Below are positions 42,882 to 52,843 of a DNA stretch of 64,000 bases, piece after piece. The stretch is from an uncultured delta proteobacterium (lineage in GTDB: Bacteria > Myxococcota_A > Polyangia > Polyangiales > Polyangiaceae). Under the pieces are notes generated by a model. The model did not search any database and had not been told where the DNA came from. It was given only the letters and a program-made list of their open reading frames with translations. Made by a program: the position numbers and the translations under genes. Every line of letters begins with the position of its first letter. Within the stretch, counting starts at the first letter, position 1. The DNA lies in the NCBI GenBank assembly GCA_963841435.1, contig CAWJCS010000002.1, forward strand, positions 960,001-1,024,000. Direction: 5' to 3'.

Positions 42882-44633
42882 GTGAGATACCTCCTGGCGG
42901 GCGCGGTGCTCTTGGGCGCGGGCGCTTTTTCGCTCCCGGCGGCGGCCTGGGTCGAGATGAACCCGAAGGCCCTCGTGTCCACCGTCGAGGTCGAGCCGGA
43001 CGGGCACGCGACCGTCACCGAGGCTCTGACCCTCGACTTGCGCGGAGGCCCCCTTCGCAGGATCGAGCTATTCGTCGCCGACACCGATGCGGAGCCGGTC
43101 GGCGACGCGACCGTGCGCAAGCTCCCCTCGGGAGCCCCGCTCGAGCTCCTCGTCGAACGGCGCGCCGACGGCGCTCTCGTGCTCGAGGTGAACGGGGACA
43201 AGGGGTTGCGCACCGGCAGCTACTTCTTCTCGCTCCGCTACCGTACCGATCTCGCCGCGGCACGCGTGCTCCGGCCCGAGGGTGAGGGGTTCGACCTCGC
43301 GTGGGTCGGGCCCCGCCTCGAAGGCGGCATGGACGGCGTGCGAACCATCTTCCGTGTGCCGTCGGCGGACCTGCCGCCGCGCCTTCCCGACGCCACGCCC
43401 GACAATCCGGCGAGCGCCTTCGGCGTCCTCGTCGCCGCCGTTCGCAACACGCCGGGCGGCGACGAGATCGAGCTCGTGCGCTCGCACGTCGCGAGCGGCG
43501 AGCCGCCGCTCTGGCGCGTGCGGCTGAGTGGACGAGCGTTCCCGGCGCTCGTCGCCAAGGCCGCGCCCGTGGCGGCGCCGGAGCTTGCGCCGCGCAGGGT
43601 GTCGCCCGTGGTGCGCTCGCCGCGCTGGCTCCTTGCCTCGCTCGCCGTCGGGCTCGTCTACGCCCTCTTCGTGCTCTTCAAAGCGCGTGAGCAGCGTCGG
43701 GCGTCGGAGCGCTCGGGCGCCACGTTGCCGCCGCTCGTGCGCTGGCCGCTCTGGTTGCGCTCGCCGCTCGCGGGTCTCGCCGGCGGCCTTGCGTTGTTCG
43801 CGGGCGCAGAGCTCGAGCTTCCCGCCGCCGTCGGCGTCGCGCTCGCGGTGGCGCTCGCGCTCGGGGCGAGCGGTGCTCCGGTGCGGCCCGTCCGCCCGCG
43901 CGGTCCCGGTCGTTGGCTTCTTTTCCAAGACGACGACGCCTTCGCGCGTCCCGAGAACATGGTGCCTCCGCCGTGGCTCGACTCCGGCTCCGCGCGTGGC
44001 TTCCTGCTGTTCGCGACGCTCATGGTCGTTGTGCTCGTCTTTTCCCAGCGCGAGCTCGCGAGCGCGCCGTATCGAGCGCTCCTGTTCGCGCTGCTCGGCG
44101 CCTTGCCGTTCCCCATCTTCTTCACGGGACGCGCGAGCGAGCTCTCGATCGACCGCGTCGCGTTCGCCCGTCGCTTCCTTCGGAAGCTCGCCTTCGGCCT
44201 CCGCCGACGGGGGCTCAAAGCCGTCCCGTGGGCGCGCGTGCCGGAAGGTCGCGCAGCCCCCGACGAGCTTCGCGTCCTCGTGAAGCCGCGTGACGCCATC
44301 GAAGGGCTCGTCGCTCTCGAAGTGGCGCTCGAGGGGCAGCCGGGCATGGGTGGGCTCGGCCGGGCCCCGTACGTCATCGTGCGCGTGCGAGAGGGCTCCC
44401 GCGCCGAGCGGGCGCTGCCGCCCGGTATGACCTTCGGTCGCGGGAGAAAGCCCGAGGAGCGCATCGCGATCCTGAGCCCGCCGCTGCCGACGCTCGGTCT
44501 CACGCTCGAGCTCGTCGAGGGCCTGGTGGACCGTCTCGCCGCTCAGCCGCCCAAGAGCTCGCTGAGGTCGTCGGGCAGGTCCGCCGCGACCGCGAAGCTT
44601 CGCACGGTGGCGTCGCCCGCCCACGCGACGTAG
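42882..44633 (+). CDS. Hypothetical membrane protein (DUF2207-like N-terminus)
   Basis: Signal peptide; VEVEPDGHATVTE motif; several TM helices. Confidence 0.65.
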   Translation: MRYLLAGAVLLGAGAFSLPAAAWVEMNPKALVSTVEVEPDGHATVTEALTLDLRGGPLRRIELFVADTDAEPVGDATVRKLPSGAPLELLVERRADGALVLEVNGDKGLRTGSYFFSLRYRTDLAAARVLRPEGEGFDLAWVGPRLEGGMDGVRTIFRVPSADLPPRLPDATPDNPASAFGVLVAAVRNTPGGDEIELVRSHVASGEPPLWRVRLSGRAFPALVAKAAPVAAPELAPRRVSPVVRSPRWLLASLAVGLVYALFVLFKAREQRRASERSGATLPPLVRWPLWLRSPLAGLAGGLALFAGAELELPAAVGVALAVALALGASGAPVRPVRPRGPGRWLLFQDDDAFARPENMVPPPWLDSGSARGFLLFATLMVVVLVFSQRELASAPYRALLFALLGALPFPIFFTGRASELSIDRVAFARRFLRKLAFGLRRRGLKAVPWARVPEGRAAPDELRVLVKPRDAIEGLVALEVALEGQPGMGGLGRAPYVIVRVREGSRAERALPPGMTFGRGRKPEERIAILSPPLPTLGLTLELVEGLVDRLAAQPPKSSLRSSGRSAATAKLRTVASPAHAT

Positions 44634-45457
44634 CTCGCGTGCAGCGCGTGGCGCGGCCCGCCTCCGGGAAACGGCGTGCCCCCGTAGAGCGTGTCGCCGA
44701 CGAGCGGTGCCCCGAGCGCGGCGAGATGCGCGCGGACCTGGTGGCGGAAGGCTCGTCCGACCTCGAGCTCGACGAGGCTCTTTTCCCCGTGGCGCTCGAG
44801 AACGCGGTAGCGCGTGAGCGCCTCGTGAAAGTAGCCGCGGGGCGGCGTGGGGTAGGCCGCGACGCGGCCGCGCTTCTTGGGATCGGGCGCGAGCGGCCAG
44901 TCGATCGTCCCTTCGTCGGGCAGCGCGCCGGCGACCACGGCGAGATAACGCTTCACGAGGCGCTCCGCGTCGAGCGCCCGGGAGAGTGCCGCGAAGGCCG
45001 GTGCCGTGCGGGCCGCGACGAGGAGCCCCGAGGTGTGGGTGTCGAGGCGGTGCAACAGGCCCGGCTCGCGCTCGCGGTGACCGATGCCGAGCATGCTCGG
45101 GTAGCGGGCGACGAGCGCATTCGCGAGCGTGCCGCGCTCGCCGGGTCCGAGCGGCGCGCTCGCCTGGCCGGGCGGCTTGTGCACCACGACCACTTGATCG
45201 AGCTCGAGGCGCACGTCGAGTGGCAAGTCGGGCTCGGGCACGACGGCCTCGGCCTCGCGTTCGACCGACACCTCGGTTCCGGCCACCGCGGGCGCGCCCG
45301 GCCGGACGGGCCGCCCGGCGACGGTGACCTGGCCTTCGGCGAACAGCTCGCGGGCGCGCTTGCGGCCGAGCCCGGGCACGCGTTTGACGACGAGACGGTC
45401 GAGGCGCTCTCCGGCCTCGCCCGCGGCGACGACGAAAGCGAGCCGTGCGGCCGTCAA
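44543..45457 (-). CDS. RluA/RluD-family pseudouridine synthase
   Basis: S4-like ERLDR, VHKPPG, HRLDTHTSGL, HQVRAHL, GDTLYG and ALHA motifs; TTG start overlaps the upstream stop (TTGA). Confidence 0.9.
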   Translation of the reverse strand: MTAARLAFVVAAGEAGERLDRLVVKRVPGLGRKRARELFAEGQVTVAGRPVRPGAPAVAGTEVSVEREAEAVVPEPDLPLDVRLELDQVVVVHKPPGQASAPLGPGERGTLANALVARYPSMLGIGHREREPGLLHRLDTHTSGLLVAARTAPAFAALSRALDAERLVKRYLAVVAGALPDEGTIDWPLAPDPKKRGRVAAYPTPPRGYFHEALTRYRVLERHGEKSLVELEVGRAFRHQVRAHLAALGAPLVGDTLYGGTPFPGGGPRHALHASYVAWAGDATVRSFAVAADLPDDLSELLGG

Positions 45458-46741
45458 AAGCGCCCGACCACCCCGAGGTCCACCGACGTGTGCGAGCCGC
45501 CGGGCGCGACCGTGACGTACGGCAAGATGTCGAGGCTGCCCGTAGGATTCGGTGGATCGTCGCTCGTCGCAAGCCATCCGATCACCCCGCCCGCGACCGC
45601 ACCCGCCCCGGCGCTCGCGAGCCAGAGCCGCGTGCGCGTCGCGTTCGATTCGTCGACGAGCAAGAGCGGGCTCGCGAGCGCTGCACCCGACAGGCCGCCC
45701 AGGCTCGTTGCCAGGTCGAGCAGCATCACGCGCGACGCCGAAAGGTTCGACGGCCGTGGCGGTCGCGCCGAGCGTGAGCACGCCCGCGAGCGACCCCCAG
45801 CCGAGCCCGCGCACGACAGAGCCGCCCGTGTCGCCGTGGTAGGCCATCTCCGTCATGGCCCCGAACAGCGCACCGAACGCGCCGCCCGAGTGCGTGAGCA
45901 CGGCGTCGCCCTCGGTGATGGGCTGGGTGGCAACGGAGACCGTCGCGAGCCCGACGCCGCCCAGCGCCGCGAGGAAGCTGTACGCGTAGCGGTTTTGCGA
46001 CGAGACGCCGTAACCGTCGGTGAGCGCGAGGCCCGCGACGCCTGGCCAGAGCGCGCCTGCCGCGAGGTACCAGGCGTCGCCGTAGCCGACGTTCCACTCG
46101 TCGGCGACGAGCAGCGACGCGCCGAGGCCGAGCCCGGCCCCGAGCGCCACGAGCGGGTACACGATCCGCGTGTCCTTCGAGCCGCTCGTGCGCTGGATCG
46201 AGAAGCCGAAGTAGCCACCGAGCACGACCGAGGTGAGCGCCAGCACGGGCCGGCCCGAGGAGGGTGGGGCGGTCGGCGCCGGGGGCACCCCCGCCGCTTG
46301 CTCGCGCACTGGCTCGCGCCGCGCGGCGCGTCCCGCGTCGACCACGTCACGCAACATCACGGCGGCGCGCACTTCGAGCGCCGAGTCGTCGGAGAGCGGC
46401 ACGCGCTCGTCCCGCACGAGCTTGACGCGCGATCCTGGGGCGACCGCGGTCACCCAAACGTGCAGCGCCGTCGCCTCGACGGACAACCGCGCCGAGAGGC
46501 GCCATTCGCCCCCGAGCAGCTCGCGGGCTCCGCCCAGCTCGGGCGTCTCGCGGTAGAGCGAGAGACCGAGGTCGGTGATGGTCTCGCGGAGCGTCGAGTC
46601 GACGATCGCCGCGGCGTGCCGCGCACGCTCGTCGGTCGCCGTCGCCGCGGCCACTACGCGGCCCGGTGACGTCTCGACTTCGGTGGGGGAAAGGCTGGCG
46701 TCGTCGCCGGCGGCGAGCGCAGGACCGGAGACGAGCGTCAT
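45454..46741 (-). CDS. Hypothetical Gly-rich polytopic membrane protein (apparent +1 frameshift near 45742-45747)
   Basis: Many glycine-zipper-like TM segments; the C-terminus continues in ORF 45454-45729 ending GVVGRF. Start uncertain. Confidence 0.6.
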
Positions 46742-46860
46742 GCCGGCGAGGAGCCCGGCGAAAATCAGCGCGCGGGCGAGCCGACGCGCGGTGTCGCTCC
46801 GACACCCGCCGACCCGGGGAGCGTGACGTTTTCGTCCGGCGCGTCGGGGGGAAAGCCCGC

Positions 46861-48426
46861 TCAGAACATCACGGTCGCGCTGATCCAAGCGTCGAACCCG
46901 TTCGAGTCGTCGACCTTGAAGCGGCGTCCAGGGTCATTGATGGTCTTCCGGAAGTTCGGGTTCGGAATGCCCGTGGCGACGAAGGTGTTCTCTGCCGGAT
47001 TGGTGCGGCAGGGGCCCGAGGCCGCGAGGTTGTTGTTGAAGTCCGGGTTGCAGGCCTGATCGAAGCTGAGAAAGTGCCCCTGGACCAGCATGTACGAGCC
47101 ACCGACGTTGAACTTCACGAACTCTCCGGCCTGATACGTGGCCTGAACGCCGAACGTGTAGATGCCGTGCTGCTGGGTATCGGTGAGGCCCGTGTAGTAG
47201 ACCTTCTGCGACGCCGGATCGACGACGGACGGATGGTTCCCAACGTCGCTCGTCACGGGATTCGCGTGGTAGTCGGAAAACTGCGGGAACCTGATGCTCG
47301 GTGCGTCACTCGAGCCGAGCGCGTCGAAGAGCTCGTTGTAGTCGCGCCCCTCGGAGACGTATTCGCCCGTGAAGCGCCCGTCGATCGTGAGCCGCTGGAA
47401 CGCGTCGCGAATTTCCCAAGGGATGACGGCGATCCCGACCGTCATCTTGCCGCGTAGCGGCGGGTGGTTCACGAGCGAGCCCTGAAGATCGGTCGCCTGA
47501 AAATCGCTCGAGCTCGTCGGGAACTCGAACAGCACGTCGAACCCGCCGTACGGCTCGATGTACTTCACGCGCCGGGAAAGGAAGGTGTGAAAGGCGAGGC
47601 CCGTCGTGCCGCGGCTCACGCCCGGCTTGCGCTGGCCGCTCGGCCCCTCGTCGAGCTGCAGGCCCGTGTCGTTGTCGCGGTAGTCGGCCTCGCTGCCGTT
47701 GCCGTCGCGATCGATGTCGTGCGGGTAGGCGCACTGGACCTGGCTCGACTGGACGTTGAGCGCCGCCGGGCTCTTGTTACAGGCGTGCATCGGCTCGGAA
47801 ACGTCGATTCGCACCTCCCCTCCGAGCATCCAGGTCGGCTTCGTGGGGTTGCGGGCTTGGTTCATGGGACCGAAGTCCATGCCGAGCGCGAGATATTCGA
47901 TGCCGCTACGGGTCGGTGATTTGAAGGGCAGCGCGAACAGCTGCTCCCCCGGGTTTCCGACGAGTGTCGTTGACGGCAGGGTGCCGCCGTTCTGCTCGAG
48001 CTGGCGGTCGTCGGAGAGAATCACGGGAAGCCTGACGACGATGGCGATGTCCTTGTACACGCCGATGTCCGCGCGCGTGAGCAGACGCGAGGTCTTCTGC
48101 GAGTAGTTGGCGACGTTGAGGTTCGAGCTCGTGAAGCCACCGCGCGTGAGGCCCGGCTGCAAGATCGAGCTCTCGCGGTAGATCTTCGAGTTGCGCCACG
48201 AGTGTTCGTACCCGAGCGACAGGTGCAGGTCGAACACGTCGTCGTCGTCGAACGCGTCGGCAACCTGAACGATCTCGGTTGGCTCGCGAAGGACGTTCGG
48301 CTCGCTCGCCTTTTTGGGCTCGTCGGCCGAGGCCTTGGAGCTCACCAGACCCTGCGCCAAGCAGAAAAGAACGAGCACAGGGGCGGCGAGGCCCAGCCTT
48401 CGGGGTGTCGATGAAGTGGTACCCAT
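46861..48426 (-). CDS. Exported protein, probable outer-membrane beta-barrel
   Basis: Signal peptide, alternating aromatic/hydrophobic beta segments, terminal WISATVMF resembling a BAM beta-signal. Confidence 0.65.
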   Translation of the reverse strand: MGTTSSTPRRLGLAAPVLVLFCLAQGLVSSKASADEPKKASEPNVLREPTEIVQVADAFDDDDVFDLHLSLGYEHSWRNSKIYRESSILQPGLTRGGFTSSNLNVANYSQKTSRLLTRADIGVYKDIAIVVRLPVILSDDRQLEQNGGTLPSTTLVGNPGEQLFALPFKSPTRSGIEYLALGMDFGPMNQARNPTKPTWMLGGEVRIDVSEPMHACNKSPAALNVQSSQVQCAYPHDIDRDGNGSEADYRDNDTGLQLDEGPSGQRKPGVSRGTTGLAFHTFLSRRVKYIEPYGGFDVLFEFPTSSSDFQATDLQGSLVNHPPLRGKMTVGIAVIPWEIRDAFQRLTIDGRFTGEYVSEGRDYNELFDALGSSDAPSIRFPQFSDYHANPVTSDVGNHPSVVDPASQKVYYTGLTDTQQHGIYTFGVQATYQAGEFVKFNVGGSYMLVQGHFLSFDQACNPDFNNNLAASGPCRTNPAENTFVATGIPNPNFRKTINDPGRRFKVDDSNGFDAWISATVMF

Positions 48427-48482
48427 GCAGCGGCCCGTCGTGCGGACGCTACTTTCGCCCGGCTGAAACTGTCAACGGAACA

Positions 48483-49406
48483 TCACTTTTCCGCATGCGG
48501 CGGCGCGCTCCCTCGCGGGTCCGCGCCGTCGATCCGGGCTTCGAGCTCGGCCCAGAGGCGGGATTGTGGAGGCCCCTCGAGGCGCCCGGTCGCGGCTTCC
48601 GCACGGGCGCACGCGAGCCGTGCCGCCTTTCGCGCCCGCAGGCGCTCGACGGCCCACGCGCCGAGTGGCGCCCGGCCGGCGTCGGCCGGGCCTGCGGCCC
48701 GCCCGCCGTCCGGGGCGGCTGCCGCGAGCGCCGCGAAGCAGCGCTCGGCCAGGGCCCGGGGGTCGACCTCGCCCTCGACCTTCAGGCGGCCGGACGGACC
48801 GCCGAGCTCTTCCTTCGTCTTGGGCTCGCCGTCCGCGCGACCGCCGAAGGCGACCGTGCCGTGCGAGACGGCGAGCGTGAGCCCCCTGTCGGTCACGTCG
48901 AGCTTGAGTGCGGCGTCGCCGTAGTGCGCGACGCCGAACGGCGTTGCGAGCGTCACCTCGGCTCCTGCTCGCGCGCCGGGGCCCGCAACGGTGACGACGG
49001 TGCCGCTCGTGACGAGCACCGCTTCCTCGCCGTTCGGACAGGGACGAAAACGCCCGGGGCCCGACAGCGTGAGCTCGCGCAGCGTGGCGCTGTGCTTGAC
49101 CTTGAGTGAGGTGCCGGCGGAAAGGTCGACGAAGCGCGAGCCGTCGAGCAGGTCTCCCTTGCGAGGTGACGCCGCGTCGCCTCCCGTGGCTTCGAGCACC
49201 CGGCAACCAACCGGTTGCGGGCGCGGACGGCCCGACGCCGACGCGAGCCGCGGCAGCGCGGAAGTGGCGCTCGGCGCGGCGCTCTTCGCGTCGGTCGGCT
49301 GCGGCGCGCGGGAGCGGCATCCGAGGGCGGACACGAGCACGAGCGACACGGCGCCGAGCGGCGATCGAGCCCGTTTCCGGGCTCGTTTTGGAACGGAGCG
49401 CTGCAT
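48483..49406 (-). CDS. Hypothetical lipoprotein, possible FecR-like domain
   Basis: SALGC lipobox; VLVTSGTV..VTLATPFGVAHY..VSHGTV pattern resembles FecR. Confidence 0.5.
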   Translation of the reverse strand: MQRSVPKRARKRARSPLGAVSLVLVSALGCRSRAPQPTDAKSAAPSATSALPRLASASGRPRPQPVGCRVLEATGGDAASPRKGDLLDGSRFVDLSAGTSLKVKHSATLRELTLSGPGRFRPCPNGEEAVLVTSGTVVTVAGPGARAGAEVTLATPFGVAHYGDAALKLDVTDRGLTLAVSHGTVAFGGRADGEPKTKEELGGPSGRLKVEGEVDPRALAERCFAALAAAAPDGGRAAGPADAGRAPLGAWAVERLRARKAARLACARAEAATGRLEGPPQSRLWAELEARIDGADPRGSAPPHAEK

Positions 49407-49454
49407 TGCCGGCCGACGGGTCGGATGCCGGTCGCCTCGATCAACCAAAACCCT

Positions 49455-50795
49455 TCATTCTCCGTCAACCGGCATGATGAGGGTCTTCCGATCGCTCTCG
49501 TCCTCGTCCTCGAAAATCTCGGCGGTGATGTCCTCGGCGGCGAGCTCTTCCTTGGCGTTGCCGAGCTCGCGGCTCGTGTCGGCGAGCCGGTCGGCGAGAA
49601 CACCCAAGAACTGCCAGAGCAGCTTCACGGCAAGCTGGTGCTCCTTGCGCAGGATCTCGAAAAATTCGGTCCGCCGGATCACCATGAGCTCGCTCGCGCC
49701 GTCGCTCACGACCGTCGCCGAGCGTGGCTGGCTGCGGACCAGGGCCATCTCACCGACGTGATCGCCCGGCTTGAGCGTCGCGAGATCGGCGCCGCCGCGG
49801 GTCACCTTCACCACGCCGCTTAGCACGATGAAAAGCTCCTCGCCGGTTTCGCCTTCGTTGATGACGCGCTCGCCATTCTTGAAGGACACGACGTCGGTCA
49901 CTTGCAACACGCGCAGGATCTCGCGGTCGTTGAGCGGACGGAAGAGCGGCATGCGCGCGAGCGTCTCGCGTTTGAGGGCGAGCTGCTTGGCGCGCGTGGC
50001 GTCACGGGCGGTGACGTCGCCGACCGTGACGAGGACGGCGGTGATGTTGTCCTTGCCGCCCTGTTCGTTGGCGGCGTTGATCAGGCTTTTTGCCGCCTGA
50101 TCGGCGTCCGGCGTCTGCAGGTGGCGGCCGAGCGATTCGAGGTCTTCCTCGAAATAGCCGCAGAGACCGTCGGAGCAGAGCAGGAAGCGGTCGCCGGCGA
50201 CGAGATCGAGGACGAGCGTATCCGGCTCGACGTGCTCGTAGACGCCCACGGCACGCGTGATGGCGTTCTTCTGAGCGATCTGCTCGACCTGCTCTTTGGA
50301 CATCTTGCGCTTCTTGATGAGCTCGTTCCTCACCGTGTGGTCTTCGGTGAGTTGCTCGAGCACGCCGTCGCGCAGGAGGTAGATGCGGCTGTCGCCGACG
50401 TAGATCATGAACGCCTGGGTGCCGACCACGAGCAGAGCGACCAGCGTGGTTCCCATGCCGCGCTTGTCGGTGTCCTTCGCGGCTTCGGCGTGGACGCGGC
50501 TCGACGCGCGGTTCACCGCGAACTCGAGCATGTTCAGGACGTCGCGCTTGCTGACGCGCGCGCCGCCCGTGCCGCCGGTCAGGTAGTCGCGGACGAGCTC
50601 GGCCTCGCGCTTGATCTCTTCGTGCAGGGTGCGCACCGCGAGCGCGCTCGCCACCTCACCCGCGGCGTGGCCCCCCATGCCGTCGCACACGACGAACAGC
50701 CCGAGCTTCTTGTCGACGAGGAAGTTGTCCTCGTTGTGCTCGCGCTGGCGGCCCACGTCGGTCAGCGCGGCAAACTGGATTTCGGGGGTGTTCAT
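49455..50795 (-). CDS. PP2C/Stp1 Ser/Thr phosphatase fused to a C-terminal cyclic-nucleotide-binding domain
   Basis: GRQREHNED, VCDGMGG, GMGTT, VGDSR, LCSDGL, DNIT; cNMP motif GEMAL..PRSATV. Confidence 0.92.
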   Translation of the reverse strand: MNTPEIQFAALTDVGRQREHNEDNFLVDKKLGLFVVCDGMGGHAAGEVASALAVRTLHEEIKREAELVRDYLTGGTGGARVSKRDVLNMLEFAVNRASSRVHAEAAKDTDKRGMGTTLVALLVVGTQAFMIYVGDSRIYLLRDGVLEQLTEDHTVRNELIKKRKMSKEQVEQIAQKNAITRAVGVYEHVEPDTLVLDLVAGDRFLLCSDGLCGYFEEDLESLGRHLQTPDADQAAKSLINAANEQGGKDNITAVLVTVGDVTARDATRAKQLALKRETLARMPLFRPLNDREILRVLQVTDVVSFKNGERVINEGETGEELFIVLSGVVKVTRGGADLATLKPGDHVGEMALVRSQPRSATVVSDGASELMVIRRTEFFEILRKEHQLAVKLLWQFLGVLADRLADTSRELGNAKEELAAEDITAEIFEDEDESDRKTLIMPVDGE

Positions 50796-50965
50796 CCAGC
50801 GACCCAGGATAGCCAGGATGCGGCGCGCCTCCAAGCCGGGCGACGGGGCACAAATCATGCGGGTCACGGCCCGGCATCGGTCGCTCCGCCCTCCCAGTTT
50901 CGCCGTTCCCGCCGTGTGCCGCGGCCCGTAGGGACGCCCGGCGTGGTGGGCCCCTCGGGGGCGGG

Positions 50966-51620
50966 TCACCCGAGGGCGCCCTCCTGGTAGAGCGAGCTTG
51001 CGCCCCCGCGGGCGACGATCACGTGGTCGAGCAGGGTGAGGCCCACGACCTGACACGCCGCGGCGAGCGCGCGCGTCATGCTCACGTCCTCGGCGCTCGG
51101 GCGCGGGTCACCGCTCGGGTGGTTGTGCAGCATGAGGATGGCGCTCGCCGCATCGCGCAGGGCAGGGCCGAGCACGTCGCGCGTCGCCAGAGCGCAACCA
51201 TGCTGCCCGCCCTGCGCGATGCGCCGCGCCGCCTTCAGGCCGTTCTGCCCGTCGAGCGAGAAGAGCCACACTTCCTCGTGGTCGAGGCCGGCGAGCCGCG
51301 GGCGCGCCCAGTTCGACGACGTCCTCGAAGGACGTGAGCGCGAGCCTTCGCACGAGCCCGCCGAGCGTCGCGCGGCGACCGAGCTCGAGCGCCGCTCCGA
51401 GGCGGGTTGCCTTGGCGGGACCGAGCCCGCGTCGCGCCGCGAGGCCGTGCATGCCCGTGCGCGCCAGGCCTTCCAGACCGCCCACCGCCTCGAGCAGCGC
51501 GCTCGCCACGCGCGAGGCTGGCTCGCCCGCGGTGCCCGTGCCGAGCACGAGCTCGACGAGCTCCGCGTCGCTCAGCGAGGCGAGATCGAAGCGCAGCGCG
51601 CGTTCTCGGAGGTCGAGCAT
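50966..51620 (-). CDS. radC: RadC family JAB-domain protein (apparent +1 frameshift near 51312)
   Basis: LSDAELVELVLGTG, HhH GLGPAKA, EEVW, HNHPSGDPRPSAED and LLDHVIV motifs. Confidence 0.9.
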
Positions 51621-51633
51621 GCGCCGGGCGTCT

Positions 51634-51650
51634 TGCAGCGCGTGTGCCAG
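51634..51650 (-). promoter_or_regulatory. Putative sigma-54 (-24/-12) promoter of radC
   Basis: CTGGCACACGCGCTGCA with exact GG-N10-GC spacing, 13 nt upstream of the ATG. Confidence 0.6.
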
Positions 51651-51722
51651 GCGCTCGGGCGCCGCGACCCCGTGGGTGGCGGCCCCGGTGGCCACCGTTC
51701 GGCGCCCCGGCGGCCGGGCGCG

Positions 51723-52466
51723 TCACTCGCGGCGCACGAGCGTGCCCGGGGGCAGGGCTTGGGCGAAGGTGTCGGCCGCGAGCGCCACGCGAGCCGCGTC
51801 GCGGCCGTCGAAGGTGACCTTCGTGCGGTAGCTCGGCTCGAACCAACGCGGATACGAGCCCACGTCGACGTCCGCGAACTCGGCGACGACGCGATCGATG
51901 AGTGGCTTGAGCTCCGCCTCGTCGACCCTCGTGTAGACGGCGTGAGCCTCGAAGGCGCTCGGCCCCGCGACCCAGTGGCGCACGGTCGCGAGCTTTTCCC
52001 GGAACACTTCCGGCACGCCCGGCAACATCCAGACGTTGCCCATCACGGGCGTCGGCCAGGCCCCGTCGGGTGACGGCGCGAGCGTCGCGCCCTTCGGGAC
52101 GAGCGCCATCCTGAGGTGCGCGTCGGTCGTGCGCGGCCCGTAGGCGCGGTGGATGAGCCCGGCGATCGTCGGGTCCTCGACGGGCTGGCTGTCGAAGGCG
52201 CGTGCCACGGCCTCGATGGTGAGGTCGTCGTGCGTGGGGCCGACCCCGCCGCTCGTGAAGACGACGTCGTGGCAGGCTTTGAGCGCTCTGATCTCGGCTT
52301 CCAGCACGTCCAGCGAGTCCGGGAGCATGACGGCGCGTACGAGTCGCACGCCGAGCGCCCGCAGCGTGCGCGCGAGCTCGCAGAGGTTCTCCTCCTTGAC
52401 CTTGCCGCTCAGGAGCTCGGCCCCGACGAGCACGACCGCGGCGGTCTCGCAGACGACACGCTCCAT
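51723..52466 (-). CDS. CinA-like molybdopterin-binding-domain protein
   Basis: VGAELLSG, TSGGVGPTHDDLT, LPGVP and VGSYP motifs; no PncC domain. Confidence 0.85.
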   Translation of the reverse strand: MERVVCETAAVVLVGAELLSGKVKEENLCELARTLRALGVRLVRAVMLPDSLDVLEAEIRALKACHDVVFTSGGVGPTHDDLTIEAVARAFDSQPVEDPTIAGLIHRAYGPRTTDAHLRMALVPKGATLAPSPDGAWPTPVMGNVWMLPGVPEVFREKLATVRHWVAGPSAFEAHAVYTRVDEAELKPLIDRVVAEFADVDVGSYPRWFEPSYRTKVTFDGRDAARVALAADTFAQALPPGTLVRRE

Positions 52467-52467
52467 C

Positions 52468-52752
52468 TCAGTCGGACTCGAGCTCGCGAGTGACCGGCTC
52501 GCCGTTTTCGTCGATACGGATCAGCTCTTCGACGCGCTTCTCGGCGGCGTCGAGACGCTCCTGGGCCCGCCGCGCGAGGCGGATGCCCTCCTCGAACAAC
52601 GACAGCGACTCCTCGAGCCCGAGGTTGCCGTTTTCGAGGCGCTCGACCACCTCGGAGAGGCGCACGAGCTCGGTCTCGAACGAGGCCTCCGAGCCCTCCG
52701 GCAGAGCTTTGGTCCCCGCTTCGGGGCTCGTGCGTCGGGGTTTCGCGGGCAC
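52468..52752 (-). CDS. xseB: Exodeoxyribonuclease VII small subunit
   Basis: SFE..L..L..VV..LE.G.L.LEESL..FEEG..L......L..AE..V pattern. Confidence 0.92.
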   Translation of the reverse strand: MPAKPRRTSPEAGTKALPEGSEASFETELVRLSEVVERLENGNLGLEESLSLFEEGIRLARRAQERLDAAEKRVEELIRIDENGEPVTRELESD

Positions 52753-52843
52753 GGCGCGAGCGTCCCCGTGCTTTCATCGCGACGCAAGCCCGACGCTCGC
52801 CCGGGCGGCGACTCGGCGGGCTGCGCGCCTTCAAAAGGCCGGC

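Noticed and set aside
44543-44633. 91-bp convergent overlap as an antisense control element
   Set aside because: Short 3' overlaps are common where stop codons are rare; the overlapping tail looks like run-on sequence.
44543-46888. 781-aa membrane protein-pseudouridine synthase fusion in the ORF track
   Set aside because: Artefact of a +1 indel near 45745. The membrane protein's true C-terminus ends at 45454 and the RluA gene starts at its own TTG (45457).
51723-52466. CinA-like gene as extra evidence for a competence cluster
   Set aside because: The family name is historical. This version has only the molybdopterin-binding-like domain, is probably metabolic, and lies upstream of the radC promoter.
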